Positions 44,890-55,568 are shown, counted from the first letter of the stretch. The stretch is DNA of 64,000 bases from an uncultured Gemmatimonadales bacterium (GCA_963816355.1 CAWFKH010000001.1:448001-512000); one strand, 5' to 3'. A program made the numbers and translations. Notes: generated by a model from the letters alone, not told the origin.

Positions 44890-47800
44890 ATGATGGGCGA
44901 CGGGATGGAGAGGCGTGACTTCCTGAAGGTCGTCGGCGTCGCCGGCGTCGGCGCGGGTCTCGCCGGCTGTTCGAGCGGCAAGCCGGAGAAGCTGCTGCCG
45001 TACGTCGTGCCGCCGGAAGAGATCCTGCCGGGCATGGCCACGTGGTATCGGACGACGTGCCAGGAGTGCCCCGCCGGCTGCGGCATGGACGTTCGCACGC
45101 GTGAGGGCCGCGCGATCAAGGCGGAGGGCAACCCGCTCTCCCCGATCTCGCACGGCAAGCTGTGCGCCCGGGGACAGGCGTCCCTGCAGGGCCTCTACGA
45201 TCCGGACCGCGTGCCGCAGGCCCTCGCCCGCTCGGGCGCGGACTGGCAGCGCGTGAGCTGGGACGCCGCCGAGCAGCGGCTCGTCGAGGAGCTGCAGAAG
45301 GCCCGCGGCCGCGCGGTCCTCCTCGGCCGCTCCACGACGGGCACGATGGACCGGCTGCTCGACGAATGGTGCGCCGCCGCGGGCGTCGAGCGCGTGCGCT
45401 ACGACGAGTTCGGCTTCGAGCCGGTGCGCGCCGCGGCACGCCTCCTCTTCGGCGTCGACGGGATCCCCGTCCACGACTTCTCGCGCGCCGAGGTCGTGGT
45501 CAACTTCGGCGCGGACTTCCTCGAGACGTGGGTCTCGCCGGTCGACTACGCGCACGGTTTCGTGCAGGCGCAGGCGTACGAGAACGGCCACCGCGGCCGC
45601 CTCGTGGCTGTCACGCCGCACCGCTCGCTCACCGACCTGAACGCCGACGAGTGGCTGCCCGCCCGCCCCGGCACCGAGCACCTGGTCGCGCTCGCGATGG
45701 CGAAGTTGATCGCCGACGAGCGGGGCGGCGATGCCGGCGGCGCGGCAGGACTCCTCGGCGGCGTCGACGCGAATCGGGCCGCCGATGCGTCCGGCGTTCC
45801 CCTGGCCCGCATCCGCGCCGCGGCGGCCGACTTCGCCCGCGGCGGGCGCTCCCTCGCCGTGGGACCGGGCGTCGCGGCGACGCACGCTGCCGCGTCGGCG
45901 ACCGCGGCCGCCGTGATGGTGCTGAACGCGGTCGCGGGCAACCTCGGGAGCACGGTCCGCTTCGAGCGGCTCGAGGCGGTCGGGCGCGGGAGCAGCTACG
46001 CCGACCTGCAGCGGCTCGCGGCGCGACTGCGCAGCGGCGAGGTGAGCGCGCTCCTGCTGCACGGCTCGAATCCGCTCTACGCGGCGCCGGGGCAGGCGGA
46101 TCTGCGCGGCGCCCTGGAGAAGGTGCCGTTCGTCGCATCGTTCTCGCCGTACCTGGACGAGACGAGCGAGGTGGCGCACCTGCTGCTGCCGGACAACCAC
46201 TTCCTCGAGAGCTGGGGCGACGTCGAGCCGCGCACCGGCGTGCATTCGCTCGTCCAGCCGGTGATGGTGCCGGTCTTCCGCACCAAGCAGACCGGCGACG
46301 TGCTGCTGTCGGTGGCGCGCCGTGCGAGCCTGACGCTCTCCTCCCAGGCGTCCACGTTCTACGATTATCTGCGCGAGCGCTGGCGGAACGAAGTCTTCGC
46401 ACAGTCGGGCGGAACCGGCTCGTTCGAGGACTGGTGGATCGCGTCGCTCGAGAAGGGCGTCGTCGTGGCCGAGGCCGCGGCGGGCGCGGCGCCCACGGTG
46501 AACGCGGGCGGTCTGGCGCAGCTCCGCTTCGACGTGCCGGAGCTCGGCGCCGCAGAAGGCGCCGGTGAGTCGTACGCGCTGGTGGTCTACCCGTCCTACC
46601 GCTTCTACGACGGCCGCACCGCCAACCGGCCGTGGCTGCAGGAGCTGCCCGACCCGCTGAGCAAGATCTCCTGGACGTCTTGGGTGGAAGTCAACGCAGC
46701 CGTCGCGGAGCGGCTGGGCCTCGATCCCGGCAGCGTCGCGGAGGTGAAGACGTCGCACGGCTCGGTCGAGCTGCCGGTGTGGCCGCACCCGGGCATGCGC
46801 GAGGATGTGATCGCGATCCAGCTCGGCGAAGGCCACGAGGCGCACGGCCGGTACGCCAAGGACCGCGGTTTCAACCCGATCCGTCTGCTGGCCGGCCAGA
46901 TCGAGGATCCCTCGGGCGGCTTCGTCTACCTGCAGACGCACGCGACGCTGCGCCCCACCGGGGATTGGCAGCACATCCCGATCACGGGCCGCGAGACGGA
47001 GTCGGGACGCGACGTGCTGCGGACGATCCGCCTCGATGCGGCACGTGCGGCGGAGCCGATCGCGATCGGTGGCGCCGCGGCGGTCACGGCGCCGGCCGCG
47101 GAGGCGGGCGAAGGCGAAGGCGGGGCGGAGGTGCACCCGTCGCAGGCGGTCGTCTCGGAGCTGCAGGGCTCGGGCGGCTTCCGCCCGATGACGTTCGGCG
47201 CGGCGCCGCGCGACTTCCCGCCACCGGAGACGTACTACGGCGAGTACACTGAGGCGCAGCCGCGCTGGGCGATGGCGATCGATCTGGAGCGCTGCATCGG
47301 GTGCAGCGCGTGCATGACCGCGTGCTACGCCGAGAACAACATCGGCGTCGTCGGACCGGAGCTGGTGGCGAACGGCCGCATCATGAGCTGGATGCGGATC
47401 GAGCGTTATTTCGACGACTCGGGCGAGGGCGACACGCAGCGCGCGGGCTTCCTGCCGATGCTGTGCCAGCAGTGCGGCAACGCGCCGTGCGAGCCGGTGT
47501 GCCCGGTGTACGCGGCGTACCACACGCCGGACGGCCTCAACGCGCAGATCTACAACCGCTGCGTCGGGACGCGGTACTGCCAGAACAACTGCCCGTACAA
47601 GGTCCGCTACTTCAACTACTTCACGTGGGAGTGGCCGGAGCCGCTGAACTGGCAGTTGAATCCAGAGGTGCAGGTGCGCGAGAAGGGCGTCATGGAGAAG
47701 TGCACGTTCTGCGTGCAGCGGATCCGGGAGGCGCAGCACGTCGCGCGGCTGGATGGGCGGAGCGTCGCGGACGGCGAGATCGTGCCGGCGTGCGCACAGA

Positions 47801-47964
47801 CCTGTCCCGGCGATGCGATCGTCTTCGGCGACATCAAGGATCCGGACTCGCGCGTGGCGCGGGTGGCGGCGTCGGGGCGCGGTTACCGCGTTCTCGAGGA
47901 ACTCAACACCCAGTCGGCGATCACCTACCTGAAGAAGGTGGTGCCGGCCGCTTCGGAGGTGTGA
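44890..47964 (+). CDS. actB: Alternative complex III subunit B (molybdopterin-oxidoreductase fold plus Fe-S domain)
   Basis: Tat motif RRDFLK; LAGC lipobox; CIGCSAC, CQQC, CVGTRYC and EKCTFC motifs. Confidence 0.9.
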   Translation: MMGDGMERRDFLKVVGVAGVGAGLAGCSSGKPEKLLPYVVPPEEILPGMATWYRTTCQECPAGCGMDVRTREGRAIKAEGNPLSPISHGKLCARGQASLQGLYDPDRVPQALARSGADWQRVSWDAAEQRLVEELQKARGRAVLLGRSTTGTMDRLLDEWCAAAGVERVRYDEFGFEPVRAAARLLFGVDGIPVHDFSRAEVVVNFGADFLETWVSPVDYAHGFVQAQAYENGHRGRLVAVTPHRSLTDLNADEWLPARPGTEHLVALAMAKLIADERGGDAGGAAGLLGGVDANRAADASGVPLARIRAAAADFARGGRSLAVGPGVAATHAAASATAAAVMVLNAVAGNLGSTVRFERLEAVGRGSSYADLQRLAARLRSGEVSALLLHGSNPLYAAPGQADLRGALEKVPFVASFSPYLDETSEVAHLLLPDNHFLESWGDVEPRTGVHSLVQPVMVPVFRTKQTGDVLLSVARRASLTLSSQASTFYDYLRERWRNEVFAQSGGTGSFEDWWIASLEKGVVVAEAAAGAAPTVNAGGLAQLRFDVPELGAAEGAGESYALVVYPSYRFYDGRTANRPWLQELPDPLSKISWTSWVEVNAAVAERLGLDPGSVAEVKTSHGSVELPVWPHPGMREDVIAIQLGEGHEAHGRYAKDRGFNPIRLLAGQIEDPSGGFVYLQTHATLRPTGDWQHIPITGRETESGRDVLRTIRLDAARAAEPIAIGGAAAVTAPAAEAGEGEGGAEVHPSQAVVSELQGSGGFRPMTFGAAPRDFPPPETYYGEYTEAQPRWAMAIDLERCIGCSACMTACYAENNIGVVGPELVANGRIMSWMRIERYFDDSGEGDTQRAGFLPMLCQQCGNAPCEPVCPVYAAYHTPDGLNAQIYNRCVGTRYCQNNCPYKVRYFNYFTWEWPEPLNWQLNPEVQVREKGVMEKCTFCVQRIREAQHVARLDGRSVADGEIVPACAQTCPGDAIVFGDIKDPDSRVARVAASGRGYRVLEELNTQSAITYLKKVVPAASEV

Positions 47965-47970
47965 GCGAGG

Positions 47971-49389
47971 ATGGCGACTGTCACGCGCTCGTTGACGCAC
48001 CCCGGCATCACCTCCTACGGGGAGGTCAACCGGGACATCCTGAAGATGCTGAGCCGCCCGGGGCGCGGGTACTGGCTGCTGCTCATGGTGGCGGTCATGG
48101 GCGTGGGTCTGCTCGGCTTCTGCTTCGCCGTGCAGCTCTATCTCGGCATCGGCGTGACGGGGCTCCGCAATCCCGTCGGCTGGGGCGTCTACATCACGAC
48201 CTTCGTGTTCTGGGTGGGCATCGCGCACTCCGGCACGCTGATCTCGGCGATCCTCTATCTCTTCCGCGCACGCTGGCGCCAGTCGATCTACCGCGCCGCG
48301 GAGGCGATGACGGTGTTCGCCGTCATGACGGCCGGGCTCTTCCCCATCATCCACCTGGGGCGCAACTGGTTCTTCTACTGGCTGCTGCCGTACCCGAACC
48401 AGCGCGGCATCTGGCCGAACTTCCGTTCTCCGCTGCTGTGGGACGTCTTCGCGGTGAGCACCTACTTCACAGTCTCCGCCACTTTCTTCTACCTCGGCAT
48501 GGTGCCCGACATCGCTGCGGCGCGCGATGCCGCGACCGTGCGGTGGCGACGCAAGCTGTACAGCACGCTCTCCCTGGGCTGGCGCGGGACCCACGACGAG
48601 TGGAAACACTTCACCCGCGCCTACCTCTACCTCGCCGCGCTCGCCACGCCGCTCGTGCTCTCGGTGCACTCCGTCGTGTCCTGGGACTTCGCCATGTCGA
48701 TCGTGCCGGGCTGGCACTCGACGATCTTCGCGCCCTACTTCGTGGCGGGTGCGATCTTCAGCGGGCTCGCGATGGTGATCACGCTGCTCGTCCCGCTGCG
48801 CAAGGCCTTCGGGCTGGAGAACTATTTCACGGTGCGCCACTTCGACATGATGGCGCGCCTGGTGCTGCTCACGTCGCTGGTCGTCAGCTACGCCTACCTC
48901 GCCGAGATCTTCCTCGCGTGGTACAGCCACGGCGCGGCGGAGTGGGAGGGCAACTACATCATCGGCTCGCTGCGGACCAACCTGTGGTGGGCGGGCGCGA
49001 TCATGGTGACGTGCAACATGTTCGTGCCGCAGATGCTGTGGTTCCGCAACGTCCGCCGCAGCATCCCCGCCCTCTTCACGATCACGCTGTTCGTCAACAT
49101 CGGGATGTGGTTCGAGCGCTTCGTCATCATCACGTCGAGCCTCTCCCACGAGTACGAGCCGTGGCAGTGGAGCTACTACAAGCCGAGCTGGGTCGAGATG
49201 GGGATCCTGGTCGGCAGCTTCTGCTGGTTCTTCATGTGGTTCCTCATCTTCATCCGCGTGCTGCCGCCGGTGTCGGTAGCGGAGTTGAAGGAAGTGCTTC
49301 CGCCGCCGCTGCGCCGCCTCGGCGCGGCCGGCGTCGCGGCGAGAGGCGGCGGATCGACGGAGGTCGAGGGAGGGCTGATCGATGGCTGA
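47971..49389 (+). CDS. actC: Alternative complex III quinol-oxidising NrfD-family subunit
   Basis: FVFWVGIAHSGTLISAIL, HLGR, SPLLWD and SVHSVVSWDFA motifs. Confidence 0.93.
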   Translation: MATVTRSLTHPGITSYGEVNRDILKMLSRPGRGYWLLLMVAVMGVGLLGFCFAVQLYLGIGVTGLRNPVGWGVYITTFVFWVGIAHSGTLISAILYLFRARWRQSIYRAAEAMTVFAVMTAGLFPIIHLGRNWFFYWLLPYPNQRGIWPNFRSPLLWDVFAVSTYFTVSATFFYLGMVPDIAAARDAATVRWRRKLYSTLSLGWRGTHDEWKHFTRAYLYLAALATPLVLSVHSVVSWDFAMSIVPGWHSTIFAPYFVAGAIFSGLAMVITLLVPLRKAFGLENYFTVRHFDMMARLVLLTSLVVSYAYLAEIFLAWYSHGAAEWEGNYIIGSLRTNLWWAGAIMVTCNMFVPQMLWFRNVRRSIPALFTITLFVNIGMWFERFVIITSSLSHEYEPWQWSYYKPSWVEMGILVGSFCWFFMWFLIFIRVLPPVSVAELKEVLPPPLRRLGAAGVAARGGGSTEVEGGLIDG

Positions 49390-49915
49390 CGAGATGCACG
49401 GCGTCCTCGGCGTGTTCGGCGAGCTGGACGCCGCGATCGCGGCGATCGACGGGCTGCGCGCGGACGGCATGAAGGACATCACCGTCTTCGCGCCGCTGCC
49501 GCAGCACGACCTCGAGCACGCGCTGCACGTGAAGCAGAGTCCGGTCCGGCTCTACACGCTGGTCGGCGGGATGACGGGAACGGCTACCGGCTTCGCGTTC
49601 GGCACGTGGACGTCGATGGACTGGCCTCTGGTGACCGGCGGCAAGCCGATCATCTCGCTGCCGCCGTTCGTCATCATCGCCTTCGAGCTGACGGTCCTCT
49701 TCGGCGCGCTCTCGACGGTGCTCGGTCTGTTCATCACGGCGCGGCTGCCGCGACACAAGGCGGCGCTGCTCTACGACCCTTCGTTCTCCGCGGGCAATTT
49801 CGGCGTGCTCGTGGTGCCGCCGGAGGGACAGGTCGGGGCGGCGCGCTCGATCCTGGAGCGCAGCGGCGCGAGCGAGGTCCGGGAAGGTTCGCAGGAGGTG
49901 CGCGTTGAGACGTAA
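49382..49915 (+). CDS. actD: Alternative complex III subunit D (DUF3341)
   Basis: WPLVTGGKP and FELTVL motifs; two TM segments. Confidence 0.88.
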   Translation: MADEMHGVLGVFGELDAAIAAIDGLRADGMKDITVFAPLPQHDLEHALHVKQSPVRLYTLVGGMTGTATGFAFGTWTSMDWPLVTGGKPIISLPPFVIIAFELTVLFGALSTVLGLFITARLPRHKAALLYDPSFSAGNFGVLVVPPEGQVGAARSILERSGASEVREGSQEVRVET

Positions 49916-50771
49916 CAGGTCGCCTTTCCACGAGAGCGGTCGCAGGCTCGGCGCCCGCGTCCTCCTGGCCGCCACGCTCGCCGGCGCGGCCGGCGGGTGC
50001 ACGCAGATCGACACCGCCATCGCGAACGTGCCGTTCTTCGCCTCGATGAAGAACTCGCCGAGCTTCGATCCCTACGAGATGACGCGCGAGGCGCCGCCCC
50101 ACTCGGTGCCGTACGCCTCACCGAACGGCGAGTACGAGCCCCACTTCGGCAGCACCGTCCCCGGCCTCGACTCGCTCGCTGCCTACGTGACGCCGCCTGC
50201 ATCCTTCACGGCCGCGGAGGTCGCGCGCGGCGCGGCGCTATACCACCGCAACTGCATGGTCTGCCACGGCCCTGAAGGTCACGGGGACGGTCCGATCGTG
50301 GGTCCAAAGAAGTTCGCGTTCCCGCCGCCGAACCTGACGCTTCCGCTGACGGTCGGCCGGAGCGACGGCTACATCTACGGCATCATCCGTCAGGGTCGCG
50401 GGCTGATGCCGCCCTACGGCGAGCGCATCACGCCTGACGACCGCTGGTACGTCGTCGCCTACGTGCGACAGCTCCAACAGGCGGCCGCGCAGGGCACGAC
50501 CCCGCCCGCGGGCGTCTACCCGCCGAAGGCCGGCGACAACGGCTGGGCTCCACCCGCGCGAGGCATGGTCGGCATGCCGGAGAACGCGATGAAGACGTAC
50601 GGCGCCGCGGGTGCGGCCCCGGGTGGCGCCGCCGGCGCGGCCACGGGCGGCACCACCGGCGCCGCGGGCCCGGCGGCGGGCGCCGCCACCGCGCCGTCGG
50701 GCGGGGCGGACACGTCCGGGAGCGCGCCAACGGCGGCACCGGACACGACGCACGGCGCAGGGAGGATCTGA
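49905..50771 (+). CDS. actE: Alternative complex III monoheme cytochrome c lipoprotein
   Basis: Lipobox-like AGGC; CMVCHG; distal Met in GLMPPY; Ala/Gly-rich tail. Confidence 0.85.
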   Translation: MRRNRSPFHESGRRLGARVLLAATLAGAAGGCTQIDTAIANVPFFASMKNSPSFDPYEMTREAPPHSVPYASPNGEYEPHFGSTVPGLDSLAAYVTPPASFTAAEVARGAALYHRNCMVCHGPEGHGDGPIVGPKKFAFPPPNLTLPLTVGRSDGYIYGIIRQGRGLMPPYGERITPDDRWYVVAYVRQLQQAAAQGTTPPAGVYPPKAGDNGWAPPARGMVGMPENAMKTYGAAGAAPGGAAGAATGGTTGAAGPAAGAATAPSGGADTSGSAPTAAPDTTHGAGRI

Positions 50772-50774
50772 GGC

Positions 50775-52076
50775 ATGGCGAACACGGCTGTCGAGGTGCC
50801 CGTGCGGCGGTTCGAGCGGATTCCGCGGACGCCGGCGCTGGTGGCGGCGGGACTGATCGTGCTGGGCGCGATCGGCTGGGCGCTCGCGCTGGCGACGGAC
50901 GCGGACCGTGCCTGGCGGGCGTATCTGCAGAACTGGCTCTACTGGACGAGCATCGCGAACGGAGCGGTGATGTTCGCGGCGGCGCTCTCGATGGTGAACG
51001 GGATCTGGGCGCGTTCGATCCGGCGGGTCGCGGTTTCGACGGTGGCCTTCCTCCCGATCGCGTACCTGCTGCTGATCCCGCTCTTCTTCGTGGGGGGGCG
51101 AATCTTCCCCTGGGTCGAGCAGGGCGCGGGGCCGCAGGCGAGCTACCTGAACGTGCCGTTCCTCGTGGCGCGTCAGCTCGTGCTGCTGGGGGTGTGCTTC
51201 CTCGTATCGCTGGTCTTCGTCTACTGGGCGCTGCGTCCGGATGCGGGGCTGGTGGTCGATGCCGGCGGACCGTCGGCGGGGAGCGGGCTCTACCGCTTCC
51301 TGACGCGCGGCTGGCTGGGGCAGGAGGCGGAGGAGGCGCGCGCGTCGCGGCGGCTGTCGCGCCTGGGGCCGATCCTCGGCCTCTGCTACGGCGTCGCCTT
51401 CTCGGTGGTCGCGTTCGACTTCGTGATGGCAATGGAGAAGGAGTGGTGGAGCACGCTGATCGGGCCCTACTTCTTCATGGGCGCCTTCCTGGGCGGGCTC
51501 GCCACGACGGTCGTCCTCACGGTGATCTATCGGCGGGCGCTGGGGCTGGAGCGGCTCGTCGAAGCGACGACGCTCCACGACGTCGGCAAGCTGACGTTCG
51601 GCTTCTGCGTCTTCTGGGGCTACCTGTTCTGGGCGCAGTACATCGTGATCTGGTACGGCCAGTTGCCGCACGAGCAGGCGTTCGTGGTGCATCGCCTGGG
51701 CGGCGTCTTCCGCCCGGTCTCGATCCTCGTCTTCTGGATGCTCTTCATCCTGCCGTTCTTCGGCCTGCTAGGCGTGCTGCCGAAGCGGACGCCGGGCTGG
51801 CTGGCGGGCGCCGCGGCGGTGATCCTGACGGGCCTCTGGTTCGAGCGCTACACGCTGCTCTACCCCTCCTACTACCACGCCGCGCACGTACTTCCCCTCG
51901 GCTGGCAGGAGGTCGTGACGACGCTCCCGTTCGCGGGCCTCTTCGTGCTGGCCGTGCTCTGGTTCGCGTCCACGTTCCCGATGGTGCAGATGTGGGAGCC
52001 GCTGTGGGAGCCGGAGCTCGCGGAGCGTCCGGACGAGTTCCAGACCGCAGCGGGACACGCGCTCGGAACGGAGTAG
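50775..52076 (+). CDS. actF: Alternative complex III subunit F
   Basis: WWSTL, HDVGKL and YLFWAQYIVIWYG motifs; polytopic. Confidence 0.88.
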   Translation: MANTAVEVPVRRFERIPRTPALVAAGLIVLGAIGWALALATDADRAWRAYLQNWLYWTSIANGAVMFAAALSMVNGIWARSIRRVAVSTVAFLPIAYLLLIPLFFVGGRIFPWVEQGAGPQASYLNVPFLVARQLVLLGVCFLVSLVFVYWALRPDAGLVVDAGGPSAGSGLYRFLTRGWLGQEAEEARASRRLSRLGPILGLCYGVAFSVVAFDFVMAMEKEWWSTLIGPYFFMGAFLGGLATTVVLTVIYRRALGLERLVEATTLHDVGKLTFGFCVFWGYLFWAQYIVIWYGQLPHEQAFVVHRLGGVFRPVSILVFWMLFILPFFGLLGVLPKRTPGWLAGAAAVILTGLWFERYTLLYPSYYHAAHVLPLGWQEVVTTLPFAGLFVLAVLWFASTFPMVQMWEPLWEPELAERPDEFQTAAGHALGTE

Positions 52077-52160
52077 TCCGTCCCGTCCGGGGACGCGCTC
52101 ACGCACGGGACCCTGCTCGCGCTACGGACCGCTACGGCGCGCACCACGCCCGGACGGGGC

Positions 52161-52958
52161 TCACTCCGCGGGCGGCGGCTCTCCGCGGCGGTGGCCGCGC
52201 AGCCCGAGCGCCTTCTGCACCTCGATCGCGATCGCGCGCAGCAGCTTCGCCTCGCTCTCGTCGAGTGACGCCCGCCGCAGCACCGCCCGCAGCGTCCGCA
52301 TCAGCGCGGGCGGGTCCCGCTTCTTGAAGAAGTCGATCCCCCCGAGCGTCCGCTCGATCTCCTCGAAGAGCAGGCCGTGCAGCTCCCAGCCCGCCGCCGG
52401 CGCGCGCTTGCGTGGCTTCGGCAGCGGCCGCTCCGCGCCCGGCCCGGCGACCCACAGCTCGTAGGCGACGAGCAGCACGGCCTGCGCGAGGTTGAGCGAA
52501 CGGTGGTGCGGGTCGGTCGGGATGTTGAGCAGCTCGTCGCACAGGTCGAGGTCCTCGTTGGCGAGACCGACGTCCTCCCGGCCGAAGACCAGCGCCACGT
52601 CCTCGCCGGACGCGACGCGGCGCCACAGCTCCGGCGCCGCTTCCCGCGGATGGCTCCAGACGAAGCGCGCGGTGCGCCGGCGCGCGGTGGTGCCGACGAC
52701 GTGCGTCGCGTCCGCGAGCGCGCCGGCGAGGTCGTCGAACTGCTCGACCCTCTCCAGCACCGGCCCCGCGTTGTGGGCGATCCCCTGGATCCGCCAGGTG
52801 TCGAAGTCCGCCGGCCGCACGAGCCGCAGCCGCCGGAGCCCCATGTTCGTCATGGCGCGCACGGCCCCCGCGATGTTGACGATGTCCTGCGGCTCGTTGA
52901 GGACGACGACGACGTGGTCGGCGATGCGCGCGCGAGAGCGGGCTTCGGCGGAAGTCAT
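52161..52958 (-). CDS. trmJ: TrmJ/LasT-family SPOUT RNA methyltransferase
   Basis: NIAGAVRAMTNMG, FGREDVGL and SLNLAQAV motifs. Confidence 0.85.
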   Translation of the reverse strand: MTSAEARSRARIADHVVVVLNEPQDIVNIAGAVRAMTNMGLRRLRLVRPADFDTWRIQGIAHNAGPVLERVEQFDDLAGALADATHVVGTTARRRTARFVWSHPREAAPELWRRVASGEDVALVFGREDVGLANEDLDLCDELLNIPTDPHHRSLNLAQAVLLVAYELWVAGPGAERPLPKPRKRAPAAGWELHGLLFEEIERTLGGIDFFKKRDPPALMRTLRAVLRRASLDESEAKLLRAIAIEVQKALGLRGHRRGEPPPAE

Positions 52959-52991
52959 GGCGCGGAAGGTGGAGGCGGGTGCGAGATGCCG

Positions 52992-54290
52992 TCAAGCCGC
53001 GGCGGTGGGCGGCGGTGTGGGCACGATCAGGACGAGAAGCGCCCCCGCGGCGAAGGCGAGGCTGGCGCCGTAGAGGAAGGCGACGTGGGGGCCGACCCGC
53101 TGCCACAGCAGGCCGAACACGACGCTCGCTGGCAGCGCGGCGATGCCGACCGCGAAATGGTACGCACCGAAGGCGAAGCCGCGGTGACGGGCGCGCGCGA
53201 ACGCGGCCACGAGCGTCTTCTCGGGCGCCTCGGTGAGGCCGTAGAAGAGGCCGTACACGAGAAACAGACCCCAGATCTGCCACTCCGTCGAGGCCCACGC
53301 GAATCCCGCGTACACCGCCGCGTACACGAACCACCCGGCGAGGATGGCCGGCCGCGGGCCCGCGCGGTCGGCGAGCAGCCCGCCCGGCACGCTCCACGAC
53401 ATCTTGCTCACGTGGAACGCCGCCCACAGCAGCGGCAGCAGTGCGACGGCGACGCCGAGCTGGCGCGCGCGCAGGAGGAGGAACGCGTCGGAAGCGTTGC
53501 CGAGGGTGAAGACGACGATCGCCGCGAGGTAGCGCCCGTATCCCGGCTCGGCTCGACGCCCGTCTTCGTCCGGAGCGGTCGCGGCGGCGGTGCGAACGGC
53601 GGCGGCAGCGGCAGCCGGGGCCGGGGCCGGGGCCGGAGCCGGGGCGGCCGTCGCGGACGCGGGCATGCCGCCGCCCGGGGCCCGTTCACGCACGCGCAAG
53701 AGGAGCACGAGAACGGCGAGTGCGCCCGGGAGTATCGTGGTCGCGAAGAGAGGGCGCAGCGCGCCGGGGAAGAGCAGGAGGAAGGCGGTCGCGAAGAGCG
53801 GTCCCACGACGGCGCCGGCGTGGTCGGCGCCGCGGTGGAAGCCGAAGGCGAGGCCGCGCCGGTCCGCGGGAACCGATTCGACGAGGAGCGCGTCGCGGGG
53901 GGCGGTCCGGATCCCCTTCCCGACGCGGTCGGCGAGGCGCACGGCGAGGATGTGCCACGGCGCGGTGGCGATCGCGATGATCGGGCGCACGACGGCGGCG
54001 ATCCCGTAGCCCCAGCCGATGAGCAGCTTGCGGCGGTGGAAACGGTCGCTGATCGCGCCGCCCGCGAGCTTGAGGAGGCTCGAGGCGCTTTCGGCGGCGC
54101 CCTCGATGACGCCGAGGAACGCGGGACCGGCGCCCAGCGTCACGGTGACGAAGAGCGGCAGGAGCGGGTAGATGACCTCGCTCGCGGCGTCGTTGAGGAA
54201 CGAGATCAGCGACAGCGAGAGCACGTTGCCGCCGATGGCGGCGAAGCGGCCCGGGTTCCGCCTCCCGGGTGTGTTCGATTCGCGGCTCAC
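52992..54290 (-). CDS. MFS transporter
   Basis: DAASEVIYPLLP and DRVGKGIRTAPRDAL motifs; about 12 TM; Pro/Ala-rich central loop. Confidence 0.9.
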   Translation of the reverse strand: MSRESNTPGRRNPGRFAAIGGNVLSLSLISFLNDAASEVIYPLLPLFVTVTLGAGPAFLGVIEGAAESASSLLKLAGGAISDRFHRRKLLIGWGYGIAAVVRPIIAIATAPWHILAVRLADRVGKGIRTAPRDALLVESVPADRRGLAFGFHRGADHAGAVVGPLFATAFLLLFPGALRPLFATTILPGALAVLVLLLRVRERAPGGGMPASATAAPAPAPAPAPAAAAAAVRTAAATAPDEDGRRAEPGYGRYLAAIVVFTLGNASDAFLLLRARQLGVAVALLPLLWAAFHVSKMSWSVPGGLLADRAGPRPAILAGWFVYAAVYAGFAWASTEWQIWGLFLVYGLFYGLTEAPEKTLVAAFARARHRGFAFGAYHFAVGIAALPASVVFGLLWQRVGPHVAFLYGASLAFAAGALLVLIVPTPPPTAAA

Positions 54291-54509
54291 GTGAGCGTGT
54301 TGCGAGGCGGGTGAGGCATCGGCGGCGGTGAAGGGGCATTCGGCGAGGCGGCCGCCCCGTCGATCCGCGGCGGCTGGCCGGCCGGGTTCTCGCCGGCAAT
54401 CTTAGGTGATGGGGCGCGTCGCGGACAGGGCGGCCTGGCGGCTTCTGGCGCAGCGCTCCCGGGGCCGCCGTGAACGAGGACGGACGGAGCAGGGGAGGAC
54501 CAGCGAAGC

Positions 54510-55568
54510 ATGACGACCGATCGATCGGCCCCGAGGCCCGCGCTCTTCGAGCGCTTCCCCGCCGTGGCGGCGCGCGTGCCGTGGCTGGCACTCGGCCGCT
54601 TCCCCACGCCGGTCCTCCCGCTGCCGATCGACGTGGGTGGCTCGCAGGCGTGGATCAAGCGCGACGACCTCTCGGGCGTGCTCTACGGCGGCAACAAGGT
54701 CCGCAAGCTCGAGTTCCTGCTCGCGGAGGCGCGCCGGCGCGGCGCTCGCCGCCTCATCACGCTCGGCGCCGCGGGCTCGCATCACGCCCTCGCGACCGCC
54801 ATCTACGGCCGTGAGCTCGGCTTCGACGTGACGCTCGTGCTGTTCCCGCAGCCGCCCACCGAGCACGCCCGCCGGGTGCTCCGCACCGACCGCGCGCTCG
54901 GCGCCGAAATCCGCTGGGCGCCGCACATGTCGCTGTTGCCCGCCTACCTGCTGGCGGCGCGCCTCGCGCACCGCGGCGAGCCGCTCTACATGGTGCCGGG
55001 CGGGGGCTCGAACCGGATCGGCACGCTCGGTTACGTGAGCGGCGCGCTGGAGCTCGCGGCGCAGGTGAGCGCCGGCGAGGCGCCCGAGCCGGCGCGCATC
55101 CACGTGCCGGGTGGGACGCTCGGCACGGCCGCCGGCATCGCGCTCGGGCTCGCGCTCGCCGGATCGCGCGCGCGCGTCGTCGTCACGCGGGTCGTCAGCC
55201 CCGTCGTCACGAACGAAGCGAGGGTCGAGCACCTGCTGCGCGGTACGGCGGCGCTGCTGTCGGAAGCGGGCGTGGCGTGCCCATCCCCCGAACAGGTGCT
55301 CGCCCGGGTCGAGATCGATCCGGCGCAGCTCGGCGCCGGCTACGGCCACGCGACCGCGACCGGCGACGCGGCGGCGGAGCGCTTCGCGGCCGCGGGGATC
55401 GGCCTGGAGCCGACGTACACGGCGAAGGCCGCCGCGTCGCTGCTCGCCATGCGCGACGACGGGCCGGTCCTCTTCTGGAACACCTTCAGCAGCGTCGAGC
55501 CCCTTCCGCCGCCAGAAGCGGGTGCCCGCTTGCCCGGCGGCGCTGCGGCGTACCTCGCGCGAGGCTGA
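54510..55568 (+). CDS. PLP-dependent D-cysteine desulfhydrase/ACC deaminase family enzyme
   Basis: IKRDD, GGNKVRKLEF and EPTYTAK motifs. Confidence 0.88.
   Translation: MTTDRSAPRPALFERFPAVAARVPWLALGRFPTPVLPLPIDVGGSQAWIKRDDLSGVLYGGNKVRKLEFLLAEARRRGARRLITLGAAGSHHALATAIYGRELGFDVTLVLFPQPPTEHARRVLRTDRALGAEIRWAPHMSLLPAYLLAARLAHRGEPLYMVPGGGSNRIGTLGYVSGALELAAQVSAGEAPEPARIHVPGGTLGTAAGIALGLALAGSRARVVVTRVVSPVVTNEARVEHLLRGTAALLSEAGVACPSPEQVLARVEIDPAQLGAGYGHATATGDAAAERFAAAGIGLEPTYTAKAAASLLAMRDDGPVLFWNTFSSVEPLPPPEAGARLPGGAAAYLARG

Noticed and set aside
52082..52158. 10-bp inverted repeat between actF and trmJ as a terminator or MITE
   Set aside because: Arms are about 57 nt apart with no U-tract or target duplication; plausible by chance at this GC content.
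54510..55568. True ACC deaminase (acdS)
   Set aside because: Has EPTYTAK rather than the Glu-containing DPVYEGK typical of ACC deaminases.
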